DNA of 63,703 bases, filler included, from Octopus bimaculoides (lineage: Eukaryota), in assembly GCF_001194135.2 (NCBI RefSeq). It is 5 parts of 3 records of this genome, joined end to end, with 100 filler letters (N's around TTAATTAATTAA, not from the genome) between each part and the next. Parts side by side here need not be neighbours in the genome. Positions count along the whole stretch, not along the records: positions 23,151 to 37,434 come from NC_068981.1; positions 37,535 to 53,499 come from NC_068999.1; 3 more parts are not named here. One strand, written 5' to 3'. Numbering within the stretch: the stretch's first letter is position 1; every line of letters begins with the position of its first letter. A program made the translations under genes and the position numbers. The notes under the pieces were generated by a model. The model saw only the letters and a program-made list of their open reading frames with translations. It did no database searches and was not told where the DNA came from. Below are positions 27,203 through 37,572 of this stretch, one piece after another.

Positions 27203-27284
27203 ATGCCTGATATCAGGGAAATCTCGGTGGACAGGCCTGTATCTGAAAAGATAGAAGAGATGAAAGCAAAGAAATGCCTTCTTG
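27203..27284 (+). CDS. CCDC151: CCDC151/ODAD3 coding exon 1
   Basis: ATG 27203; MPDIREISVDRPVSEKIEEMKAKKCLL + G|GTAAGA donor (phase 1); joins the next exon to give LLDGDRKAY (human IQLLEGDRKA). Confidence 0.85.
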
Positions 27285-27364
27285 GTAAGATTTCATGCTG
27301 TCTACTTTCTTTAGTGGATTTGAATAGATAAAATTTTATGCGCTCGCACTACTATACACACGCG

Positions 27365-27402
<38 letters not shown>

Positions 27403-27629
27403 TACGTGCGCGCGTTTGGGTGTATGTGCGTGTTTGATAAGTGGTATGCACGAAACACTCGGGTCTTGAGTCACTGTCACTACTGCCGATTGCATACATA
27501 CATACATACATACATACATACATACATACAAACATACACACACACATACATGTATGAATGTATATATGTGTGTGTATGCTTATGCTTATGTATATATGTT
27601 TATATTACATATATATATGTGTGTGTGTG

Positions 27630-28255
27630 TGTGGTAAGAAGCTTGCTTCCCAACCACATGGTTCTGGGGTCAGTCCCACCGCGTGATACTTTGAGCAAGA
27701 GTCTTCTAGTAGCCTTGGGCTGACCAAAGCCTTGTGAGTGGATTTAGTGAATGGAAACTGAAAGAAGCTCATCATATATATATATATATATATATGTGTA
27801 TATANNNNNNNNNNNNNNNNNNNNNNNNNNNNNNNNNNNNNNNNNNNNNNNNNNNNNNNNNNNNNNNNNNNNNNNNNNNNNNNNNNNNNNNNNNNNNNNN
27901 NNNNNNNNNNNNNNNNNNNNNNNNNNNNNNNNNNNNNNNNNNNNNNNNNNNNNNNNNNNNNNNNNNNNNNNNNATATATATATATATATATACACATATA
28001 TATATATACCTATACACACATACATATCTATGTGTGTGTGTCTGTGTTTGTCCTCCACTACTGCTTGACAACCAGCGTTGGTGTGTTTACATCCTTGTAA
28101 CTGAGCAGTTTGGCAAAAGATATCAACAAAATAAGTACCAGGCTTTAAAAATAATAAAAAGAACAAGTCCTGGGCTCAATTTGTTTAACTGAAACCTTTC
28201 TAGGTGGTGCACCAGCATGGCCGCAGTCTTATGACTGAAACAAATAAAAGATAAA
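27630..28255 (+). mobile_element. SINE family A spanning an N gap (CCDC151 intron 1)
   Basis: Head tgtgtggtaagaagcttgcttcccaaccacatggttctggggtcagtccc at 27630; tail gtggtgcaccagcatggccgcagtc at about 28205. Confidence 0.8.
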
Positions 28256-28444
28256 GGAAGGATATATCAAAGTGAGATGATCTTTGTCACAACAGTAATT
28301 CATGGGTACATTAGGCATGTTTCATCCTCCATGACACTTGTCAATAACATGTACCCAGCTGTCATATGCTTGAACAAAATTCATGCCAGTTTTAAATATT
28401 TGATGAATTCACTTGAAACAACAAAAATTGAAACAGCTTATATG

Positions 28445-28740
28445 TAGTTGCGGCTGATGCCAGTGCTACCTCCCTGGCATTTGTGCCAGTGGCACATGAA
28501 GAGCACCATTCAAGTGTGGCCAATGCCAGTGCGAATGACTGATTCCTGTGCTGGTGGCACGTAAAAAACACCCACTACACTCTTAGAGTGGTTGGCATTA
28601 GGAAGGGCATTCAGCTGTAGAAACCTTGCCAAATCAGATTGGAGCCTGATACAGTCTTCTGGCCTGCTAGTTCTCAATCAAACCGTCAAACCCAGCATGG
28701 AAAGCGGATGTTTCATGATGATGACGATGATAATGATGAG
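28445..28740 (+). mobile_element. RTE LINE 3'UTR
   Basis: ggttggcattaggaagggcattcagctgtagaaac...(GAT)n. Confidence 0.8.
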
Positions 28741-28741
28741 G

Positions 28742-28914
28742 CACAGGTGTGGCTGTGTGGTAAGAAGCTTGCTTCCCAACTATATTGTTTCAGGTTCAGT
28801 TCCACTGCATGGCACTTTGGGCAAGTCACTTTTTCTATAGCCTTTGGGCCAACCAATGCCTTGTGAGTGGATTTGGCAGATGGAAACTGAATGAAGCATG
28901 TTGTACATGTGTGT

Positions 28915-28945
<31 letters not shown>

Positions 28946-29440
28946 GTTGTGTCTGTGCTTGTCCCCTATCAGGGCTTGACAACCAGTATTGGTCTGTTTA
29001 TGTCCCTTTTCGGAAACGTTTTTTCACACTAAGAGTTGCTGAAGTATGGAACAAACTGCCGGCATCAGTTGTTAGTTGTCGGAGCACTGCATCCTTCAAA
29101 ACTTCCATGCTTCCTGAGATTCACCTACACTACACCTGATTTTCTCCCCACCATACACACACAAGCATGTATCTGACTCGTACACTGTTCACTTTCCAGA
29201 CATTTGTACATTACTGCATATGCTTTATATGCACTTTTGACAAGTTGTATTGCACCTGAGCACTGTACACAATAATTTCATTATTATTATTATTATTATA
29301 ACTTAGCGGTTTGGCAAAAAAAAAAACAATAGAATAAATACTGGGCTTAAAAAAAAGTTCTGGGGTCGATTTGTTTGATTAAAACCCTTCAGGTCAGTGT
29401 TCCAGCATGGCCACAGTCAAATGAGTGAAACAAGTAAAAG
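28742..29440 (+). mobile_element. SINE family A with nested CR1/L2-type LINE 3' end (about 29008-29298)
   Basis: SINE is split at gtccc|taacttagcgg by RKRFFTLRVAEVWNKLPASVV...FK* (CR1 RT C-terminus) + UTR + (ATT)n tail. Confidence 0.8.
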
Positions 29441-29537
29441 AATATAACTCTGTGTGTGTGTGTGTGCTTTTTTTGCTCTTTGCATTTCAAAAATTTGAGA
29501 GAGTCTGATATTGACTATTATTTCATTGCATGGTAAG

Positions 29538-29659
29538 ATGGTGATAGAAAAGCTTACAATGAAATATCCCAGTTCACAATAAAGAGGAACAAAGAGAAAA
29601 TAAAGACATTGAGAAAAGAAAACAAAGAACTTCGTCAAAAACTTCATGATTTACACATG
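29538..29659 (+). CDS. CCDC151: CCDC151/ODAD3 coding exon 2
   Basis: AG at 29536-37; DGDRKAYNEISQFTIKRNKEKIKTLRKENKELRQKLHDLHM; donor GTAAGT at 29660. Confidence 0.9.
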
Positions 29660-30836
29660 GTAAGTAGTTCAATTACTAAGGGATATTTTCCTATTCAGAA
29701 TTCTCTAAGAACTTACATTCAAATTATCAAGGAACTCACTTATATTTAAGATAAGGCAGCACAAAGCCTTAAGCTTGCTTCCAACAACATGGTTCTGGGT
29801 TCAGTCCCACTGCATGGCACCTTGGGCAAGTGTCTTCTCCTATAGCATCCGCTGGACCGAAGTCTTGAGTAGATTTGATAGAGGGAAACTGAAAGAAGCC
29901 TGTCGTGTGTTTGAGTTTGTGTTCTTCTCCAACTACCATTTGACAATTCTTGTGATTGGGATGCCAGTCTGTTTCAGGATTGAGGAGTGGGGACATATTG
30001 ATTACATCAACCCAAGTACTTGACTGGTACTTTATTTTATCAAACTCAAAGGGATGAAAGACAAAGGTGACCTCAGCAGGATTTGAACTCAGAATGTAAA
30101 GATCTAGAAGAAATGCCAATACTACAGTTATTGTATATCTCAAGAAATGTAGCAAAGCTCACTGCAATTCTTATATCTCAAGTAACCTTTTAGCATTTAA
30201 ACCGGCCATATCTGGCCAAAATGTTTTACTTGTTTTATATCCAAACTGGCCATATCAGGCCTCTCACACCAACCTTACAATGTCATTCTAAAAATAAATA
30301 GTTACCTCATCAAAATCTCAAAGCTATGAGATTATGCATGATAAATTCAAAACATTGTGAATAAACAAGTATTACATTTGATAGAGTAATTTGATTGTTA
30401 AAGGGTTAAGGCTATAGTTTAACTTATAACAGCTGTTTTATCTCTCAGTAAATATTGGCTTCAAATTTTGGTAGAAGGCCATCAACTCTGCTCAACAAGT
30501 ATTTATTTTATCAACCCTGAAATGATAAAAGGCAAAGTCAGCCTTGGCAGCATTTGAACTCAGAACATAAAGGCAGATGAAATCCTGCTAAGCATTTTGC
30601 CTGGTGTGCTAGCAATTCTGTCAGCTCACCACCTTCTTTTTAAGAAATGTTATAACCAAACTCACTACAGGTATTATATACCTTGATAAGTACTAATGTC
30701 ACTACAACTATTGTATCCCTCAATAAATGTCATTGCTAAACTCACTTTAGCTTCTTATATCTCTTAGTAGCTGTTGTAGCTAAACCCATTACAGTCATTC
30801 TATCTCTCAAATGCTTGATTTTTCTCTTCTTTACAG

Positions 30837-30914
30837 AAAGATGAAGCTGTGATTAACAAGGCCTTAAAGGACAAACCAACTGAACGAGCATCTCTAAAAA
30901 ACAAAACTGGGCAG
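30837..30914 (+). CDS. CCDC151: CCDC151/ODAD3 coding exon 3
   Basis: ttacAG acceptor; KDEAVINKALKDKPTERASLKNKTGQ (human GDEKVVQAV...LKNRTGQ); donor GTAAAT; 78 bp, phase 0/0. Confidence 0.9.
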
Positions 30915-31764
30915 GTAAATATTGATTTTTAACGAAGTTATTTAATCATGTTGTTGTATTTGTTGTTATTTTCTTCTTAGTCAAGGTCAGCTTTGATCTA
31001 GCAGATCTAAGATCAAAGGTAGTTTAACCTTAATTATCCTATCTTTTCCCCAGAAACAGGACACCAAAGGCAACATTATCCAATGTATCCTTTTGTATGT
31101 TGGTACAATGTAATTTGAGGATGAATTGACTGCTATTTCTATCAGGACAAATGACTATGTAGAGCATTGTTTTCCAATCAAGATGTTATAGACAGTAGTT
31201 AAGGGTATCAGGAGGTTTTAAATTTAAGTAATGTAATTAGCAAAAAATGTCAGGAAGGGTGTCATACACTTTAAGAATAGGAAAATAGGGTGATAACGTC
31301 ACAGAAATATCAGCAACCATTGTTGCACTGATTCCCTCATTAGTAATATAAATAAAGGGAGTTTTTAATCATGTTAATGAGGGTTGCGTTTGGGATAAAC
31401 ATTATGATGATGATGATGTAAAATATAATACACAAAAACAACCAGAAAAACAAAAAGCACATCTAAAATATTAGATAAAAAATATTTCATTCATTGCTCC
31501 TTCTCATCATCATCATCATCACCACCACCACCACCACCACCACCACCACNNNNNNNNNNNNNNNNNNNNNNNNNNNNNNNNNNNNNNNNNNNNNNNNNNN
31601 NNNNNNNNNNNNNATCCTGAGAAAGAGGTTCATACCCTAAAATATTGGAATACAAGATAGAAGTAGAAACTATCAACTTGTATTATTTCCCTATAACTTG
31701 TGTTGTTTTGGCTTGAAAAAACAAATTCGTAATATTAAAAAAATTTTATTTTAATTTCATTCAG

Positions 31765-31944
31765 GAAGCCATAACTATTTTGGATCATAAAGTCTCTGAT
31801 GGTATGCGACTACTCAATGCTCTAAAACATCAGATTGCTGTGAAACAAAAGCAACTGGTGAATATGAAGACAAAATACAATGAACAACAGCAAGCATCCC
31901 TCTTAGCAATAACAACAGATAAAAAGGAATCTACAGAAGCTCAG
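31765..31944 (+). CDS. CCDC151: CCDC151/ODAD3 coding exon 4
   Basis: ttcAG acceptor; EAITILDHKVSDGMRLLNALKHQIAVKQKQL...TEAQ (human ALEHLDHRL...NALRHQVVLRQRRL); 180 bp, phase 0/0. Confidence 0.9.
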
Positions 31945-31994
31945 GTTTAACAAAATATTATCACATTTTCATTTCTTTCTTTCATTTCTTTCAC

Positions 31995-32102
31995 CTAGAA
32001 CTTATTCTGCTGGTCTGTTTTGCTGAACCACTAAGTTACAGGAACATAAACACACCAACATCGGTTGTGAAGCAAGGTGGGGGGACAATTACAAAAATAC
32101 AT

Positions 32103-32135
<33 letters not shown>

Positions 32136-32290
32136 ACAGGCTTCTTTCAGTTTCCATCTACTAAATTTACTCGTAAGGCTTTGGTCAGCCCATGGCTACA
32201 GTAGATGACACTTGCCCAAGGTACCATGCAGTGGGACTGGACCCAGGATCATGTGATTGAGAAGCAAGCTTCTTACCACACAGTCACAGT
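31995..32290 (-). mobile_element. SINE family A (CCDC151 intron 4)
   Basis: Reverse complement of the SINE head and core, inverted relative to the copy at 29771-29905. Confidence 0.8.
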
Positions 32291-33064
32291 TTGTGTCCAC
32301 AAAATTCACTCACAAAACGTTGATCATTGGCTTTGGAACAGAATGTGTAGGGAGTACAAGCACACCCAATGAAATTTTGGGAGGATATCTATTGTATCAA
32401 GTGAGAGAATGTTCAGTGCACTTCACCATTTGAAGACCTAGGTTTGCACCCACAAAACAAACTTTGTTCCCACACGTATAGTATTGGTTGATCCTGATCT
32501 ATAGTAGAAGACACTTGCCCAAAGTTCTACACAATGGGACTAAAACCATTTTTTCCTCCTAAATAAATTCTGTGAAACAAGTTTGTTCCATTTAATGTTT
32601 TATAAAAATTAAGACTTGTAAAATGTAGCCTCTGTTCCTGGGATGGTTATCAGGGTAGAGTCCTTAAAAATCTCCACTGTAGGATCTTTTCAGAAGCAAC
32701 TGTCATTAAATTTTCAATCTGGATTTTCAAGTGTCACCATTATCCAACCATCTCATTTTTGGTTTCCCCTTGGTCTCCAGCAAGTTGGTTTCACTTGCAG
32801 GATTTGTCTGATATCTGAGCTACACACCCTGCTGAATAATGTTTAGGAACCATTGATATAGATATATGGTTGTGATCTTCAAATGGTGCACTACATTGCA
32901 CTAGATACTCCATGTGGAATGTCTAGATATGACATAGACATTTAAAAGTATAATTTAAGGCTTTAGAATATCGATACTAATAGGTGAATGGTTTGAAAAT
33001 CATGGCATTCATAATTTAGTTATACGCATTGGTGTACATCATTGTTGTTGTTGTCATCATCCTT

Positions 33065-33245
33065 ATTTAGCGTCTGTTTTCCATGCTGGCATGAATTGGA
33101 TGTTTTAATTGGAACTGGTTAGCCGGAGAGCTGCTCCAGTCCATTTTCGCTTGGTTTGTGCAGCTGGATGCCCTTCCTAATGCTAACCACTCCACAGAGT
33201 GTACTGGGTGCCTTTTACGTGTCACCAGCACAGGTGCTTTTATGC
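33065..33245 (-). mobile_element. RTE LINE 3'UTR
   Basis: ttttccatgctggcatg...cagctggatgcccttcctaatgctaaccac. Confidence 0.75.
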
Positions 33246-33567
33246 ATCACCAGCACTGACCATGACTATGATTTCACTTAGCTTGACATGTCTTCTCAAG
33301 CATAGCAAATCACCAAAAGTTTTGGTGACTGTCATCACCTACATAAGACTCAACATCTGAAGATCATATTTCACCACCTCATCCCACATCTTTCTGGATC
33401 TACCTCTTCCACAGGTTCCCTTCACAGTTAGTGATTGACACTTCTTTATACAACTGTCCTTGTCTATATGCATCACATGGCCATGCCAGTGCAGTCTTCT
33501 CTCTTGCACAGTACATCCGATGCACTTTAATAAAACAAGATAATCAATATTTTTCTATATTTCTTTT

Positions 33568-34420
33568 TGTGGTGCGATGGAAGAAGAAGACAACAAGAAG
33601 CAAAAGGACAGAATGAAGCGTTGGACCTTACCTTGCCGACCGCAGCGGGGTACACGATCGCTCCTAATCAGAACACGTCTTTCTCGTAACGTCGCTGTTT
33701 TCTCACTGGCCCCACGTACTAGCCTTCGACTGCGTGTCGCCGACTTCCGGTTTGGCCCTTCCGGTCTGGCTTCACTTCTGTTTGCCTCACCCCTCTCCAC
33801 CTCAACACATAGCTCGTCACAGCCCATAACACCACACGCCCCCCCTGATCTATAGATCATTCAACCGGCTCTCCCACTCACTCCTCGCTCCCGAACTACC
33901 TTAATTGGTTTCATAATCAGCCAACCAGGGAGGAGGGTACCGCTCCCTCTGTGGTCGCTGTGCGACCCCGGGACTGGCCTGAGTTCCTGGCGCGCTGCCT
34001 TCATCATCTTGCCTACTGCTGCTGTCTTCATCATCCTGCCCACTGCAGCTGGTTCCATCCTCTGAAGCACTGACAATCTTCCGCACATCCAAAACATGGC
34101 GTGGCATACCATCGACTGAAACGTTGTTCTTTGAATTGATGGAGGTTATAGTTCCTCTCCCCCATTGTGATGTGCACCGTGCATTTGGGGGTTTTACCCA
34201 AACTTCTTCCCCGATCTGCACGAAGGCGTGCTCTTCTTCTCCCCGGAGTCGCATTGATGCAATACACGGGTGCCTCCACTCGTACCTGAATATTGCCCTG
34301 TGTGGCACCGACTCCTCAGCCTGCCCTTACCTGGGCGACATATTGTACCAAAATACGGCCTCGATTGGTGAAATGCGACCCCTCTCTGCCATGGTCTTGA
34401 TGGTACGATGATGCCTTTCN
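33568..34420 (-). mobile_element. Gypsy LTR retrotransposon 3' end: integrase C-terminus, purine tract and 269-bp 3' LTR (33568-33836)
   Basis: Minus ORF AVFWYNMSPR...VQIGEEVWVKPPNARCTSQWGRGTITSINSKNNVSVDGMPRHVLDVRK...RERYPPPWLADY; AGGGGG tract; LTR bounded by TGTGGTG...CACCACA. Confidence 0.85.
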
Positions 34421-34675
34421 NNNNNNNNNNNNNNNNNNNNNNNNNNNNNNNNNNNNNNNNNNNNNNNNNNNNNNNNNNNNNNNNNNNNNNNNNNNNNNNN
34501 NNNNNNNNNNNNNNNNNNNAAAAGCATCACAGTATCTGAGAAAATTGATGAATTCATAGAAGGTTGTGTTTTTTGGGATAAGCATATTTGGTTTGAAAAA
34601 AGAAAAACTTATTTCATATGTATGTTTTAGAGTAAAAGATTTCTATTTTTAATATATCTATTTTCTATAAAACAG

Positions 34676-34780
34676 AGAATAAGATACTTGGAAAATAACT
34701 GTGATAAAGCACAGATGAAAATATATGAGGCCACTCATCTTACAAGAACATATGAAAAAATTCTTCAAAAACTAAAAGAA
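34676..34780 (+). CDS. CCDC151: CCDC151/ODAD3 coding exon 5 (3' boundary ambiguous)
   Basis: aacAG acceptor; RIRYLENNCDKAQMKIYEATHLTRTYEKILQKLKE (human [25 protein letters not shown]). Followed by ATAAGT; the nearest GT is at 34785. Confidence 0.85.
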
Positions 34781-35137
34781 ATAAGTATATTTCTCTAAAT
34801 TTTATCTGTAATTTTTCTCGTTATTAAATACTTACAACTCTCCAACTATATGTTGAGTGTTACTTGTTCACAAAACTTTTTGAGTTAAGTGAATTCCCTG
34901 TGTTTGTAAATATGTGGTTGAGTGGGTGTGTTGGTTGAACTGTCCTTGTATACACTCAAGTGTATGCATCTATTCACATAAGAATCTCAGATGGAGAATT
35001 TTTGGAATGTCTTACAAATCTCCACTGTGTCACTAATAGATGTATGTATGTATGTATGTATGTATGTATGTATGTATGTATGTATGTACGTACATGTGTA
35101 TGTATGTAATCTTTTTGAACTATATTCTTATTTATAG

Positions 35138-35389
35138 GACTCTCTAAAATGGCCTTTAGTTTTGGAAAACCTTGAGAAGGAAATCAAACAAAGTTTGAAT
35201 GAGCAAGAGGAACTGCAAGCTATGTATAGAGACGCTCAACTTTCTAAAGAAAATGCCTTGAAAGTTCTGAAGAAACATGAGGATATGATTTCTCATGAAA
35301 GGAAGAAACGAGAAATACAGCTGCAAGAACTTAAGAAAGAAGCTGAAGAAAAGAGGATGCTTCATGATAGAATAGAGCGGCGATTTAAT
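35138..35389 (+). CDS. CCDC151: CCDC151/ODAD3 coding exon 6
   Basis: tttatAG acceptor; DSLKWPLVLENLEKEIKQ...ERKKREIQLQELKKEAEEKRMLHDRIERRFN (human ESL...[29 protein letters not shown]); donor GTAAGT at 35390. Confidence 0.9.
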
Positions 35390-35432
35390 GTAAGTTGATT
35401 AAAATTTAGTGTTATAGAGTTGAAGTTAAATT

Positions 35433-35446
35433 GTTGCTATGGTAAC
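35433..35446. promoter_or_regulatory. RFX X-box motif GTTGCTATGGTAAC in CCDC151 intron 6
   Basis: Matches the X-box consensus GTNRCC/Y-N-RGYAAC, 44 bp after the exon 6 donor of a motile-cilia gene. Confidence 0.6.
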
Positions 35447-35764
35447 AGAAACGACAGAAAATGCTTAATACCTTTCATTTCGAGTGAACTTGTTCTCTCA
35501 AAAACGATGGTTGTTTCAAATATATTCTTTCAAGTAATTTTCTTTACAGTTACTGAAATTTGAAATAACTTTTTAAGAGTTTGGACACTTCCTTTTCATA
35601 ACTCTTGGGAAATGTTTAAATTATACAGAAAAAAACTGAATGCAATAATTTTCATTTATTTTCATTAATTTTTTAAAGAACATGTTGAAGTCAATTTAAA
35701 TAAATGCTTTGTCAGTAAAAGAAAAAAAAAGCTGAAGAATTATCTCCCTTAGATACTATGAAAT

Positions 35765-36360
35765 GTATCCTTTTCTACTCTAGGCATAAGGTCCGAAAGT
35801 TTGGGAGGAGTGGGGGGTAGTCGATTAGATCGATCCCGGTACGCAACTGGTACTTAATTTATCGACCCCAAAAGAATGAAAGGCAAAGTCGACTTCGGCG
35901 GAATTTGAACTCAGAACGTAAAGACAAAATAATCTTTTCTACTCTAGGCACAAGTCCCGAAATTTTTGGGAGGTGGGGCCAGTCGATTAGATCGATCCCA
36001 GTACGCAAATGGTACTTAATTTATCGACCCCAAAAGGATGAAAGGCAAAGTCAGCCACGGCAGAATTTGAACTCAGAAGGTAAAGATGAAATACCGCTAA
36101 GCATTTCGCCCAGCTGGCTAATGTTTCTTATTTCTTTATTGCCCACAAGGGGCTAAACATAGAGAGGACAAAGAAGGACAGACAAAGGGATTAAGTCGAT
36201 TACATCAAGCCCAGTACGTAACTGGTACTTAATTTATCGACCCCGAAAGGATGAAAGGCAAGGTCGACCTCAGCGGAATTTGAACTCAGAACATAACGGC
36301 AGACGAAATACCGCTAAGCATTTCACCCAGTGTGCTAGTGTTTCTGCCAGCTCGCTGCCT
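35765..36360 (-). mobile_element. Three tandem SINE family B copies
   Basis: ttttctactctaggc...atcgacccc...gaatttgaactcagaac repeated three times. Confidence 0.85.
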
Positions 36361-37019
36361 TAGATACCATGAAAAAACATCGCCTGTCATGTGATACAGT
36401 TAGAGCAGTGTTTCTAACTGGGATGGAGGCAAGTCTCTCTCTCTTAGTGGAGATTAGAAAGGAGGTAAACAAATTAACAAGTTTATAAAATTAGATATTT
36501 TCCAACTTTTTAAACTCGTCTAACAATTATATGGGTGCAATCTCATTAATAAAGTAGAGTGCCAACATATTCCACTCTGATATTGTGTGTGTGCATCTGA
36601 AGGGGTCTGGTGTTTGCCAGTTTGAAACCCACTTAGATGGTGCCTTATCTCTACTATCCATGGATATACTTATAAAATATATATGAAAAAACACTAACGA
36701 CACTCAAGACTTTGAGAAGCATTTTTCCATGCTCAGAATTGTAAAAATATGGAAGAAACTACCCATGTCCATTGTTAGCCATTGAGACACCTCATCCTTC
36801 AAAAATACCAATCCTTCTGCTGAAATTCACCAACACTACATGCCTAGGTACCATTTTCTTTTTGTGGCTCTTTTACTGTTCACCTTTGTCTTTTATTTAT
36901 GTACAATTACATGTACTTTTGGTTTTCATTGTTGTCTTCCTTTGCTTAACTTATCCCCTCTTTTACTCATTCTGAATGAGCTGTAGGACACCTGGCACTG
37001 TATACAATAAGATGATGAT

Positions 37020-37434
37020 GATGATGATTCTTCTTCTTCTTCTTCTTCTTCTTCATCATCAGTAGTTTTATTTTTATAACGTGCTTTCACTTTACTACCG
37101 AGCGCAGCTCTGTGCGCCTTGGGTATGTTCTGTGGTTTGCTGTGGTGCTCTTATGTTTACTGTATTGAAAGTGTTTTGCGTAGAATGTGTGCAGTACCCA
37201 GTAGTGCAATTTTCTGTATGTTATATATATTTGTAAGTCCTGCTATTTTTGTTATGTATTTGTCTGAATATTTTTTTATTATACCTACTATGATAGGAAT
37301 TGTTTCTGTTTTTAGATTCCACATTCGAGTTATCTCTATTTCCAGGTCTTTGTATTTTGAAAGTTTTTCCATTTCTTTTAGAGAAACGTTGTCATCTGCT
37401 GGTATTGATACATCAATTAGAAAGCATTTTTTTT
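37020..37434 (-). mobile_element. R4/Dong-like RLE LINE 3' end with (GAA)n/(GAT)n flank
   Basis: Minus ORF EKLSKYKDLEIEITRMWNLKTETIPIIVG...IQKIALLGTAHILRKTL, the typical RLE C-terminus. Confidence 0.85.
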
Positions 37435-37534
37435 NNNNNNNNNNNNNNNNNNNNNNNNNNNNNNNNNNNNNNNNNNNNTTAATTAATTAANNNNNNNNNN
37501 NNNNNNNNNNNNNNNNNNNNNNNNNNNNNNNNNN
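37435..37534. other. Artificial assembly spacer (44 N + TTAATTAATTAA + 44 N)
   Basis: Same structure as 23051-23150. Confidence 0.9.

Positions 37535-37572
<38 letters not shown>

Noticed and set aside
33555-33860. ORFs of 92-101 aa on both strands
   Set aside because: They lie inside the Gypsy LTR; GC-rich sequence without recognisable protein motifs.
34781-34790. U12-type AT-AC intron interpretation of the CCDC151 AT donor
   Set aside because: The 5' end lacks ATATCCTT, the 3' end is AG, and no clear TCCTTAAC branch site is present.
35727-35775. CUGAAGA...GAAA-UGUAUC arrangement resembling a hammerhead
   Set aside because: Stem I is made from a poly(A) run and the end of a SINE B copy, and stem III has a 2-nt loop; probably coincidental.
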